A stretch of DNA of 64,000 nt from Cyanophyceae cyanobacterium (GTDB lineage: Bacteria > Cyanobacteriota > Cyanobacteriia > Cyanobacteriales > Laspinemataceae): positions 46,151 to 110,150 of the forward strand of contig JBBQFN010000018.1 of the NCBI GenBank assembly GCA_038321985.1, written 5' to 3'. Position numbers and translations under genes: made by a program. This document shows, one piece after another, positions 28,745-39,700 of this stretch. The notes beneath the pieces are model-generated. The model saw only the letters and a list, made by a program, of their open reading frames with translations. It did not search any database and was not told where the DNA came from. The first letter of the stretch is position 1. Every line of letters starts with the position of its first letter.

Positions 28745-28811
28745 TGGCAACCCATTTCAACCTAATTTTTGGCCTCAATCTTGCCACTTCAGGTCAAAAG
28801 TTGGCTAGCTC

Positions 28812-28946
28812 TCAGTTCGGGTGTTCGGGTTCGGCAAAAAAACTGATTCGGCTGGAAGAATAGTAGAGTCCGGTTCCGATCGCCAGTCCCACAATATAGC
28901 CTTGAGGCACTAAAAAGGCCATGAATGCCACAATCAAAGCAATCAT
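28812..28946 (-). CDS. Possible 44-aa small membrane protein
   Basis: MIALIVAFMAFLVPQGYIVGLAIGTGLYYSSSRISFFAEPEHPN*. Strongly hydrophobic, below the ORF-track cutoff, weak SD. Confidence 0.35.
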   Translation of the reverse strand: MIALIVAFMAFLVPQGYIVGLAIGTGLYYSSSRISFFAEPEHPN

Positions 28947-29540
28947 TAAACTTCGCTTACAAGATAATTAATCTTTAATAAAAGACAGTTTGGTATCCTA
29001 TCATAAAATACTTTGCCCCCGTTATCTAAAGAAAATGAAATTTAATTGAGGGTAATTTTAAAAAAGGTAAGAAAAGCCTCGGAAATTTGAAAAAAGTTAG
29101 GTTCAATTTGAGGTATAATTTACTCCAAAATGATAGATGAGGACTCTAAAAAATGAACTCGCCGTTATCATCGAAAGGGTTTCTAAAATTGTTATTATGC
29201 CTGCTCATGGGGATGCTTTCTGATCCCTCCCTGTCGCCTAGCGCCTAAACCCCGCCTTAAAATACGGAGGGATTCAAGGACCTCTTTAGAGTTGCCCAGT
29301 TTGGATAAGCCAGATGGGAATTAAAGGGACGAAAATCACTCGACGATATGAGGGTTAAGGCGAATTTGGGGGAAAACGGGCGGCGGCGATCGCCCGGGTA
29401 ATATCAATTGAGATTGACAAAATCCTAAAAATTTGATAAAGATCGAGTTCTGTATTTAATCCCGGGCGATCTTTCTTCGTATAGATGCAAGACCTAGAAA
29501 AAAATGCTGCAATGAGGGTATTGTTACGGATGATAGACTA

Positions 29541-30647
29541 ATGAGCCAACGAGTTTTGATTATTGGCGGACGGGGACGCATCGGCAGCAGCATTGCCCAA
29601 GATTTGATCGCCCATACCGATGCGGAAATTACAGTAACGGGACGGGACACGACATCAAGAAAGTCATTGAATCAGACCCTTGGCGATCGCGTGCAGTTCC
29701 AGGCGGTACATTTGGATGATCACGACGGATTGTCTAAGGCGATCGCCGAAGCGGATCTTGTGGTTCATAGTGCCGGACCCTTCCATCACCGAGATGGGCG
29801 GGTACTCCAACTTTGCATTAAGCACGGTGTCAACTATACCGATGTTAGCGATAGCCGGGGATTCACCCAAAGGGCGCTAGCGTTACAGGAATCAGCCGAA
29901 AAAGCCGGAGTAACTGCTATCATTAATACAGGTATTTTCCCTGGGATTTCTAATAGTATGGTTCGTCAAGGTGTGGAAAAATTCGACCAGGCAGAACGAA
30001 TCCATTTAAGCTATGTTGTCGGGGGGTCGGGCGGTGCTGGAGTCACTGTGATGCGAACGACTTTTTTAGGATTACAAAACCCTTTTGATGTCTGGATTGA
30101 CGGTCAATGGCAGAAAGTAAAACCTTACACGGATCGCGAAACCATCGAATTTCCTCAACCCTACGGCAAAGTCGGGGTTTACTGGTTTGATATGCCAGAA
30201 GCCTTTACTCTACCTGACTCTTTCCCGGTAAAAACAGCCATTACAAAATTTGGTACTTCCCCGGACCTTTACAATCATTTAACTTGGATGGTTGCCAATT
30301 TGTGGCCGTCAGCAGCCCTCAAAAATTCTGCGGTGGTGGAGTTTTTATCTCAAGTGAGCTACCGGATGACTGGGGTCACGGACCGCTTTAGCGGCACGGG
30401 AGTAGCGGTGCGATCGCAAGTCAACGGAACGAAGGCTGATGGACAACCCGCCACGTTTTGCAGTGCGGTAGTTCATAACAGCGCTGCCGTTGCCACTGGC
30501 ATCGGAACAGGAACGATCGCGGAACTGCTGTTGAATGGAAAGCTCACAAAACCTGGCGTATGGCCCGTAGAACAAGCATTACCAACTTCGTTGTTTGAAT
30601 CAATCATCGCGAGTCGGGGAATCCAGATTTCTCATCAATGGCTGTAA
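29541..30647 (+). CDS. Saccharopine dehydrogenase-like oxidoreductase
   Basis: GGRGRIG Rossmann motif, AGPF, YTDVSD and TGIFPGISN. Confidence 0.85.
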   Translation: MSQRVLIIGGRGRIGSSIAQDLIAHTDAEITVTGRDTTSRKSLNQTLGDRVQFQAVHLDDHDGLSKAIAEADLVVHSAGPFHHRDGRVLQLCIKHGVNYTDVSDSRGFTQRALALQESAEKAGVTAIINTGIFPGISNSMVRQGVEKFDQAERIHLSYVVGGSGGAGVTVMRTTFLGLQNPFDVWIDGQWQKVKPYTDRETIEFPQPYGKVGVYWFDMPEAFTLPDSFPVKTAITKFGTSPDLYNHLTWMVANLWPSAALKNSAVVEFLSQVSYRMTGVTDRFSGTGVAVRSQVNGTKADGQPATFCSAVVHNSAAVATGIGTGTIAELLLNGKLTKPGVWPVEQALPTSLFESIIASRGIQISHQWL

Positions 30648-30679
30648 GCTATTTATTATATATTTAGACCGGATTAACC

Positions 30680-32182
30680 ATGCACAACTGTCTGAATTAC
30701 ATAGATCGCCACTGGTTACCCCCCGCCTCCGGGGAAACGATGGAAAGTCGCAATCCGGCTCACTGGCGCGAATTGGTTGCCAGCTTTCCGCGATCGCGCG
30801 ATATTGATATAGAAATGGCCGTGACTGCCGCCCGCCATGCCTATCGCACTTGGCGACGAGTTCCGGCACCGGAACGGGCGACATTTTTGTATCGTACCGG
30901 AGAATTATTGCGCGATCACAAAGCCGAACTCGCTCACTTAATGAGCCAGGAAATGGGTAAACCCCTAAGTGAAGCGAATGGGGATGTCCAAGAAGGTATC
31001 GATTGCGCCTTTTATTATGCTGGAGAAGGTCGCCGGTTGTTCGGACAAACGACCACTTCAGAAATGGATAATAAATTCGCGATGACGGTGAGAATGCCCA
31101 TCGGCGTGTGCGGTTTGATCACACCTTGGAATTTTCCCGTCGCGATTCCCTGCTGGAAAGCCATGCCTGCTTTAGTTTGTGGAAACACGGTTGTCTTTAA
31201 ACCCTCCGAAGAGACTCCGGCGGTGAGTAGCTACCTCATCCAAATTTTTCACGATGCCGGATTTCCAGCCGGTGTGGTTAACATGGTGCATGGGTTGGGA
31301 GAGGAAGCGGGAAAAGCATTAGTAGAACATCCCGATGTTAATTTAATTTCATTGACCGGATCCTCACAAACCGGCGCTGAAGTGGGGGCAATCTGCGCCA
31401 AACATCATAAACGGGTTTGTTTGGAAATGGGGGGCAAAAATGCCCAGGTGGTGATGGAGGATGCGGATTTAGAATTAGCCCTGGAAGGCGCAGTATGGGG
31501 GGCTTTTGGCACAAGCGGGCAACGGTGTACGGCCACCAGTCGGCTGCTGCTGCATCAGGATATTAAGGATAAGTTTACAAAAATGCTGCTCGATCGCACT
31601 CGGAAACTCCGTTTGGGTCCTGGAACTGACCCGAATACAGAAGTCGGACCGATTGTAAATGGCGTGCAACTCAATAATATCGAGGGACATCTAGAGGTGG
31701 CACGGCAGGAAGGAGCAAAGATTTTACTCGGGGGAAATCGCACAACCTCGGGAAATCTCACTGGGGGATTCTTCTTTGAACCCACAATCCTCGAGGGGGT
31801 ATTGCCGCATATGCGAATCGCCCGGGAAGAGATTTTTGGGCCAGTGCTGGCGCTGATTGAAATATCTTCATTTGAGGAGGCGATCGCCATTCTCAATGAT
31901 ACAACTTACGGTTTATCCTCCTCGGTTTATACTCGTGATGTAAATCGAGCGTTTCAAGCGATGCGCGATATTGAAGCCGGAATTACTTATATTAACGGTC
32001 CGACTATTGGTGCGGAGGTGCATTTACCCTTTGGCGGCGTTAAGAAAACTGGCAACGGACATCGTGAGGCAGGGTCGGCAGCCCTAGATGTGTTTACGGA
32101 ATGGAAAACGGTGTATGTAGACTTTTCCGGACGCTTGCAACGGGCGCAAATCGACAATCATGACTCTTTCTCCTTGACCTAA
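30680..32182 (+). CDS. Aldehyde dehydrogenase
   Basis: ITPWNFP, LEMGGKN, GQRCTA, EEIFGPV and PFGGVK motifs. Confidence 0.95.
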   Translation: MHNCLNYIDRHWLPPASGETMESRNPAHWRELVASFPRSRDIDIEMAVTAARHAYRTWRRVPAPERATFLYRTGELLRDHKAELAHLMSQEMGKPLSEANGDVQEGIDCAFYYAGEGRRLFGQTTTSEMDNKFAMTVRMPIGVCGLITPWNFPVAIPCWKAMPALVCGNTVVFKPSEETPAVSSYLIQIFHDAGFPAGVVNMVHGLGEEAGKALVEHPDVNLISLTGSSQTGAEVGAICAKHHKRVCLEMGGKNAQVVMEDADLELALEGAVWGAFGTSGQRCTATSRLLLHQDIKDKFTKMLLDRTRKLRLGPGTDPNTEVGPIVNGVQLNNIEGHLEVARQEGAKILLGGNRTTSGNLTGGFFFEPTILEGVLPHMRIAREEIFGPVLALIEISSFEEAIAILNDTTYGLSSSVYTRDVNRAFQAMRDIEAGITYINGPTIGAEVHLPFGGVKKTGNGHREAGSAALDVFTEWKTVYVDFSGRLQRAQIDNHDSFSLT

Positions 32183-32692
32183 GCTGCGACCCGGGGCGGG
32201 GGTTTCATCTCTCCGCCTTGGTGTGGGTAGGGCTGAATTTATGTTAAGTATAAATATTCTGAAATTAGTTTATTTTAAAAAATGTAGAGGCTTTTAATTA
32301 TACTTTTTCCAGAAACTGCACCGACTGCCCCTATAAAATTTCACGCAATATACCCGAATTAACGACAGCACAAACCCTACAAGGGTTCGCGACTGCCCGG
32401 GGCATATCAAAAGTATATATCCCCTCCCTAGGCTGGGAGATTCACGGCAGGAAGGTGCATTGTTAGACAGTTGAGTATCTACCTGCGCCGCCTAGAACTG
32501 CCGTGAGAATTACTCCGGGGAAAACTATCCGAGGCGATCGCGTTGAGCCGGTACTTCTTCGGGGTAACTTCTGGTAATCCCCTACTCAAAATCCCCACCC
32601 GCCCCGAGTTAGCCCACAAATGCGGTATGATTGCTTTGGGGCTAAGTCCCTATTGTACCTCAAGTTTTGAATTAAAATCTGTAGGAGTAACT

Positions 32693-33274
32693 ATGTCTAA
32701 CCCACCGAAAATTCTAGCCTTTGCCGGAAGCGCTCGCGAAGGTTCATATAACAAAAAGCTAGCCCAAATTGCGGCGAATGGAGCTAGAAAAGCCGGTGCA
32801 GAAGTCACTTATATTGACTTGCGAAATTTCCCGATTCCCCTGTTTGATCAAGATTTAGAAGCAGCAGAGGGAAAGCCACCCTACGCACGAGAATTAAAAA
32901 ATCTATTCTTGGCTCACCAAGGATTGTTGATTGCCTCCCCCGAGTATAACAGCACCCTTAGTCCCCTGCTTAAAAATGCGATCGACTGGGTATCCCGTCC
33001 CGATCCAGGGGAACCGATGTTGGCTGCTTTTTCGGGGAAAGTCGCCGGAATTATGAGTGCCTCCCCCGGTGCTTTAGGGGGATTACGGGGTCTGTTTCCA
33101 CTGCGAGAAATGCTGTCAAATATTAGTGTTATTGTTCTGCCGGATCAAAAGGCAATTTCCCAAGCATCTGACGCCTTTACTGAATCAGGAATGTTAAAAG
33201 ACCCGAAACAGCAAGAGGGCGTCGAAAATATCGGGGCAAAAGTGGCGCAAATGTTGGCAAAATTGAACGCCTAA
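32693..33274 (+). CDS. NAD(P)H-dependent FMN reductase
   Basis: GSAREGSYN, PEYNS, LKNAIDWVSR and SASPG motifs. The ATG at 32693 follows AGGAG. Confidence 0.9.
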   Translation: MSNPPKILAFAGSAREGSYNKKLAQIAANGARKAGAEVTYIDLRNFPIPLFDQDLEAAEGKPPYARELKNLFLAHQGLLIASPEYNSTLSPLLKNAIDWVSRPDPGEPMLAAFSGKVAGIMSASPGALGGLRGLFPLREMLSNISVIVLPDQKAISQASDAFTESGMLKDPKQQEGVENIGAKVAQMLAKLNA

Positions 33275-33296
33275 TTTAAGGGATCGAGAATCCGGT

Positions 33297-36200
33297 TTAG
33301 AGATTTGAGGCTAACTGAGCCAAAACCTTCGCTAATTGGACCGGTTCCACGGGTTTGGGGAGGTGTTTTTGAAAGCCGGAAAGGAGGGCTTGGGCGCGGT
33401 CCTCCTCTCCGGCAAAAGCGGTGAGGGCGATCGCCGGAATACAGCTATTGCCATCCGCTTCACGCTGGCGGATTTGCTGAATCAAGTGATATCCATTTTC
33501 TCCTGGCATTCCAATGTCGCTGACTAAGATATTGAATTTAATGTGGTCCATCAGGGCGATCGCTGCGGCAACCGAAGTCACGACTCGAACCCGGACGCCG
33601 TAATCCGTCAGCATCGCTTTCATTAAATCCCCCGTATCCGGGTCGTCATCTACGACTAACACCTGCAACCCGTCTAGGGCCCACAGTTCGTTAGACAATC
33701 CGTCCTCGTTGGAGTTAGAAGTCTCGGCTGCCTGATCTAGGGGAGAGTTAGGCAGGACTGGCAACTGGACCATCAATGTGGCCCCTTGGCCTTCGCCTTC
33801 ACTCAATGCCTGGACCTGGCCGCCGTGGAGTTCTACCAAGTTACGGACAATGGTTAATCCCAAACCTAATCCGCCATAAGCGCGAGTCGTAGAACTATCC
33901 GCTTGGCGGAAACCCTCAAAAATCTGAGGCAGAAACTCTGGAGTGATGCCAATCCCCGTATCCTGAACTTGCAGGGTAATATAAGAATCAGTTTGGGAGA
34001 TCGCCACCCTGACCTCTCCCCCAGATGGGGTAAACTTCACCGCATTAGACAACAAATTCCCGGCGACTTGCTGCAAGCGATCGCTATCCCCAGAGACCAA
34101 AGGGATGGACGGATCGAACTTGAAATCAATATTAATGCCTTTAGATTTAGCTGTGGGAAGCACCGTTTCTAAGGCCCCTTCAACAATAGGAATTAAATTC
34201 ACCGGACGCAGTTGTAAGCGAATTTTGCCGCGTATAATCCGCGAAACATCCAGGATATCGTCGATTAAACTCACCTGTTGCTTGGCATTGCGCTCGATGG
34301 TTTCCAATGCTTTCGTCATGGTGGGTTCATTCAGCTTGCGGGTGCGCAGCAACTGGGTCCAACCTAGAATCGAATTGAGAGGAGTCCGCAGTTCATGGGA
34401 CACAATCGATAAAAACTCATCCTTGATTTGATTCGCCCGGGCTAATTCTTCCGACTGTTGCTGTTGCAGGATGAGGGCGGCTTGCAGTTCTCGCTTGTTT
34501 AAAGTCAGTTGCGAGGCGAGGACTTCTACATCAGAACTTTGACTTTCTAACTCCTGCTGTAATAAATCTCGTACCCGTTTCAGGGAGACTGCATTGCCAA
34601 CCCGCGCCCGCAATTCTTCCACAGAAAAGGGTTTCATCAAATAATCTTGTACCCCTTCTCGTAATAACTGTACCCGCAATTCATCATCATCTTTTGCGGT
34701 GAGCATGATAATTGCCACATTGGCAAACTCCGGGTTGCTTCGCAATAAAGACACGAGGCGATCGCCACAAATTTCCGGCATCATCACATCACTCAGGATT
34801 AAATCCGGATGCAGCCTGAGTGCTTGTTCTAACCCTTGCTCACCATTAAATGCTGTGGCAATTTGATAGTCCCGTGCTAGGATATCGCACACGAAGCGAT
34901 TCATTTCTGGGTTATCTTCCACAACCAAAACCAGGGGTCGGAGGTCATCCGGGAGGAGCAACGGTGGTGTTGTCTGGACTCCAAGACTCAGTTCAGCGAT
35001 CGCCGCTTGAGCCAGGTCCTCCCAGACGGAAGATTCTGAAACCGTCCCGGTGAAGGCGGGCGGCACCTCTACGGGCAGTTCTACGGTAAAAAGCGCCCCG
35101 CCTAGGGGAGCTTCAGAGACTGTAATGGTCCCTTGATGAAGTTCTACAAATTCCTTAACAATCGCCAATCCCAATCCCGTACCCCCAAAGCGACGGGTAC
35201 TACCCCCTTCAATTTGGCTGAAGCGCTCAAAAATGGTTTCACGCAGTTCAGGGGGGATGCCAGGACCGCTATCTTGAACCGCGATCGCCACCGAATTCTT
35301 CTGGGCCTCCCCAAGAGACAGGGAACAGTAAATTTTGCCCCCAGCCGGTGTGAATTTAAAAGCATTGGACAGTAAATTTAAAATCACCCGCTCGATTTTT
35401 GGGCGGTCCAATTGTGCAGTGAAGGACTCGGGAGTTTCAACGGTAAAGATAATCTCTCGTTCGGCAGCTAGAGCATCAAAGTTTCCGGCCATCTGGCGGA
35501 GCAGACTCGCTAAGTCCAGAGGGACTGCTGCCAGTTCCATTTTGCCTGCTTCTAACTTAGAGATATCAAGCATATCGTTGACCTGTTTGAGAAGCATTCG
35601 AGAATTCCTCTCAATTACCAGCAAGTCCTGGCGTTGTTCCTCCGGAAGTTGGGGATCGCTGATCAACTTCTGAGTTGGGCCTAAAATCAGGGCTAGAGGC
35701 GTTCGCAATTCGTGGCTAACGTTGGCAAAAAATTGGCTTTTGAGTTCATCGAGTTGCTTAAGTTGACGATAGAGTGTTTGTAACTCTTGGTTAGCGCTTT
35801 CCAGGTTCAAGCGGCGTTCTTCAGAAACTTGGGCGGATTTCAATAATTCCAAGGCTTTGGGAATTAATGGCGGTAAAGAAATTGCCGTGGTAACTGAGGC
35901 GACGGCGGTAATTAATTTCATGCTTCCTGACAACCAATAGGTTGGATTCCACAAGGTCCATACGGCCAGGAAATGGGTCATTCCACAAGCAATGATAAAG
36001 GCACCAAATGCCAAAAACATCCAATGGAAGGGAATATTTTGCCGTGCTTTATAAACAAAATAGGCAAGGCTACTAGAAATGGCTACATAAGCTACCCCGA
36101 TTAGGGTATCAGAGGCCAAATGTAACCACACCAAAGAGGGTTTCCACAGATAACAATGCCCATGAGGCATAAATCCGTCTATCACTAACAGATTCTTTAG

Positions 36201-36365
36201 CAGATCCGGCCAGAGCAGGAGGGTGGACAAGGCGACTGCTGCGAAGATACCACTCCTCAGTAGGTTTTTCCGGGGCGGGGGGATGTTGGTTTTTAGAGGA
36301 TTTTTTAAAGATTCGATTTCATCGGTTTGATTGAGAACGGCAAAATTAAAGTTAGACTGTTTCAT
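33297..36365 (-). CDS. Hybrid sensor kinase: ethylene-receptor-like TM domain + HK-REC-HK-REC
   Basis: SDTLIGVAY...FGAFIIACGMTH. Two SHELRTPL HisKA/HATPase modules and two receiver domains. Confidence 0.85.
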   Translation of the reverse strand: MKQSNFNFAVLNQTDEIESLKNPLKTNIPPPRKNLLRSGIFAAVALSTLLLWPDLLKNLLVIDGFMPHGHCYLWKPSLVWLHLASDTLIGVAYVAISSSLAYFVYKARQNIPFHWMFLAFGAFIIACGMTHFLAVWTLWNPTYWLSGSMKLITAVASVTTAISLPPLIPKALELLKSAQVSEERRLNLESANQELQTLYRQLKQLDELKSQFFANVSHELRTPLALILGPTQKLISDPQLPEEQRQDLLVIERNSRMLLKQVNDMLDISKLEAGKMELAAVPLDLASLLRQMAGNFDALAAEREIIFTVETPESFTAQLDRPKIERVILNLLSNAFKFTPAGGKIYCSLSLGEAQKNSVAIAVQDSGPGIPPELRETIFERFSQIEGGSTRRFGGTGLGLAIVKEFVELHQGTITVSEAPLGGALFTVELPVEVPPAFTGTVSESSVWEDLAQAAIAELSLGVQTTPPLLLPDDLRPLVLVVEDNPEMNRFVCDILARDYQIATAFNGEQGLEQALRLHPDLILSDVMMPEICGDRLVSLLRSNPEFANVAIIMLTAKDDDELRVQLLREGVQDYLMKPFSVEELRARVGNAVSLKRVRDLLQQELESQSSDVEVLASQLTLNKRELQAALILQQQQSEELARANQIKDEFLSIVSHELRTPLNSILGWTQLLRTRKLNEPTMTKALETIERNAKQQVSLIDDILDVSRIIRGKIRLQLRPVNLIPIVEGALETVLPTAKSKGINIDFKFDPSIPLVSGDSDRLQQVAGNLLSNAVKFTPSGGEVRVAISQTDSYITLQVQDTGIGITPEFLPQIFEGFRQADSSTTRAYGGLGLGLTIVRNLVELHGGQVQALSEGEGQGATLMVQLPVLPNSPLDQAAETSNSNEDGLSNELWALDGLQVLVVDDDPDTGDLMKAMLTDYGVRVRVVTSVAAAIALMDHIKFNILVSDIGMPGENGYHLIQQIRQREADGNSCIPAIALTAFAGEEDRAQALLSGFQKHLPKPVEPVQLAKVLAQLASNL

Positions 36366-36718
36366 CTCATTTCATCCATGAAATTTATGAATTTTAAAGG
36401 ACTTTTGAGGCCGTTTTATTTTCTAAATCCATAACGGAGGGGAAAACTCGAATCATCCTCAAGTAGGCCACTGGAATCAAGGGGTCTTAATTCTGACTCC
36501 TACCCAATCCGGCGTTAAAAAGTCTGATGTAAAAACTAGGCTGGGTCAGGGGCTTTGACCCCCAAAGCCGGATTTGAGCGGGGATCAGGTTTCTTAGACC
36601 TAAGCCAGATCCTAGAGTTTGGGCGATCGCCTTTCGCAAAACTTTGATCCCCCTCTTTCAATTTTAGCGTTGAAATAGGCAGAACTTCCAGGATCAAGCC
36701 TGGATGGGAATTTCCAGA

Positions 36719-39700
36719 TTAGATTAAGCCTGTTTTTTTGGCAATTTCCGCCAGGGCATTTGCGAGCTTCAACGGATCCACAGGTTTAGCAACATGAAGA
36801 TGAAATCCGGCCATAAGTGCCTGTTGGCGATCCTCTTCCCGAGCGAAAGCGGTTAGGGCGATCGCCGGAATTTCCTTTCCGTGTGCGGCCTCGCGCTGGC
36901 GAATTTTGCGCATCAAAACATAACCATCCTCGTCTGGCATTCCGATATCAGAAATTAAGATATCATGGCGCGATCGCTCGATAGCGACTAAGGCATCGGC
37001 AGCTGACAAAACTACGGTCGTCTGGACCCCGTACTCGGCTAAAACTGTGGCGACTAGCTCTCCCGTATCGTGATCATCATCCACAACCAGAACCTGTAAA
37101 CCCGCTAAGTTCAACGAACGGTTACCCAAAAAATTTTCCCCCCACTCCGGGGAATCTCCGTCCAGGGAAGCATCCTTCGGGAGGACCCCTAGGGGGAGTG
37201 TCACGGTAAATGTAGCCCCGGTTCCTTCCCCTTGGCTGAATACTTGAACGGTACCGCCATGCAGTTCTACCAGGTAGCGTACAATCGTTAAGCCTAGACC
37301 TAGACCTCCGTGGGTGCGAGTGGAGGAACTGTTAGCTTGGCGGAAGCCTTCAAAAACGTGAGGTAGGAATTCCGGGCTAATTCCAATTCCGGTATCCTGG
37401 ACTCGAAACTCGATGTGATCCCCAAGGCGGTTGATCGTGACGGTAACCTTTCCCCCCGCAGGAGTGAATTTTACCGCATTGGAGAGCAGATTCCAGACCA
37501 CTTGATGCAAGCGGCTGCTGTCCGCTAAAATCGGTAGCCCGTTGGCATTAAACTCAGCTTCCAGTTGAATCGATTTAGCTTCGGCTGCTGGAGTTAGGGT
37601 GGAGATGGCTTGCTCAGCAATGGTTTCCAGATACAAGGAGACTCGGCTGAGGCGAATTTTCCCCTGGACAATCCGTGAGACATCGAGGATATCGTCGATC
37701 AGGGTCACCTGGTGTTTAGCATTGCGTTCGATGGTTTCGAGGGCTTTGTGCTGAGTATCTTCTTTGAGTTTGCGAGTGCGCAGCAATTGTGCCCAGCCGA
37801 GAATGGAGTTGAGAGGAGTCCGCAATTCGTGAGAGACGATCGCCAAAAATTCATCCTTGAGGCGGTTGGCCTTTTCTGCGCGATCGCAGGCTTGCTGCTG
37901 GGCTTCAAATAGGTTAGCCCGGTCGATCGCCAGGGCTATGCGATCGGCTACGAGTTGCAGCAGATATACGTCTTCTGTCATAAATTCTCGCGGGGACTCG
38001 GTGCTGACGTGAATCACACCGATCACTTGGTCTTCTAAAAGCATCGGTGCGCCCATGATCGACTGAATTTTTTTGTGCCGGAAGAGGGGGCTCAGAACTC
38101 GGCTACTGGCATCGCGATCGATCCGCATCGGTTGTCGCGTCTGGGCAATGGTTCCGGCAAACCCTAGCCCAATGGGGATCGGGACATTGGAGAGCAAAGA
38201 GGGATCAATCAGATCTAAGCCTTTAGTGGCGGTGACGACGAGGGAGCGTTGGTCCTCGGTGACGAGTAAAATGACTGCGGCATCCACTTCTAGCACCATC
38301 GTGACGCGATCGAGCAACTCTTGGAGCAGATCGTGGAGAGATAGAGGGGCGATCGCCACATCTACAATTGCTTGCAGGCGTTGCACCATTGCCGTAGAAC
38401 GTTCCGACAAGATCCGGGCTGCTTTCTCCCGTTTTAATAACTCCATCCGCTCTTGCTGGGCTTGCTTGCGTTCGTGAATGTCGGTATTGGTCCCAAACCA
38501 CTTGATGATCGCCCCCTGTTGATCCCGCATTGCCACCGCTAAAACGAGATGCCAGCGGTAAGCGCCATCGGAAGCTCGACGCATCCGCACTTCAATTTCA
38601 TAAGGCTCCCCGCTTTCCAGGCAAGCAAGCCAGCGGCTGCGACACTCGGGCAAGTCGTCTGGATGCAAGGCGGGCTCCCAACCCCAGCCCAGGAGTTGAG
38701 AGTGACTCAATCCGGTATATTGGCTCCAGCGCTGATTCAAGTAATCCACGGTGCCATCGGGTTCGGCAGTCCAGACCATTTGCGGAATGGCTTCGCTCAG
38801 AAATCGATAATACTGCTCGCTCGCTTCAGCCTGGGTTCGCGCCGCTTGTTCGAGTTGTAACAGTTGAATCCGCTCGATTTCCGCCTGTTTCTGGGGGGTA
38901 ATATCAATCGCCGACCCAATGAACCCCACCAGCTGACCCTCGGGATTGAGCCGGGGAACCCCTGTTTCTAGCATCCAGCGATACGCTCCATCGTATCGCT
39001 GAAGCCGGTACTCCTGAGTAAAAGGTTGCCCTGTTTTCACCGCTTGTTGGTAGCTCAGGACGCACTGGCTTCGCTCTTCGGGATGGATTCGGTCTCTCCG
39101 GTTCAGGTCCGGTTCCGTTGCCAGGATCCCACCGAGGAAGTCCAACCCCCACTTATTTAAAAAGGTCCACTGCCCCTCGCAGTCAGCGACCCACAACAGC
39201 ACTGGAGCCGTATCTGCCATATCTCGGAAGCGTTTTTCACTTTCGCGTAGGGCTTCTTCAGTCTGTTTTCGTTGGGTAATATCGTACCGGATGGCTAAAT
39301 ATTGGAAGGGTTTTCCTTGATTATCTAAAAAAGGGACAATTGCCGTATCTACCCAATAATAACTTCCATCTTTGGCCCGATTTTTAATTTCTCCTCGCCA
39401 CACTTCTCCGCGAGAAATGGCAGACCACAGATTGATAAAAAATGATTTAGGATGATAGCCAGAATTGACCAGGCGATGGTCTTGCCCGATTAGTTCGGAC
39501 TGGGAATATTTAGAAATTTCAACAAATTTATCGTTAACATAGTGAATAATTCCTTTGGCGTCCGTGGTGGCAACGATCGCGGACTTATCTAAGGCCAATT
39601 GGAAATCGGATAATTCTTTTAAAGTTTGTTGCAGTTCGGCTTCCGCCCGTTTGCGATCGCTGATGTCCCGCACCGATGCCATCCACACCGGCTGATTCAA

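Noticed and set aside
32442..32506. TCACGGCAG/CTGCCGTGA stem upstream of the FMN reductase as a riboswitch
   Set aside because: A single 9-bp stem with no FMN or other aptamer consensus recognisable.
32543..32692. N-terminal extensions in the ORF track (also 42501 and 45922)
   Set aside because: Downstream ATGs have clear SD sequences and coincide with the start of the recognisable domains.
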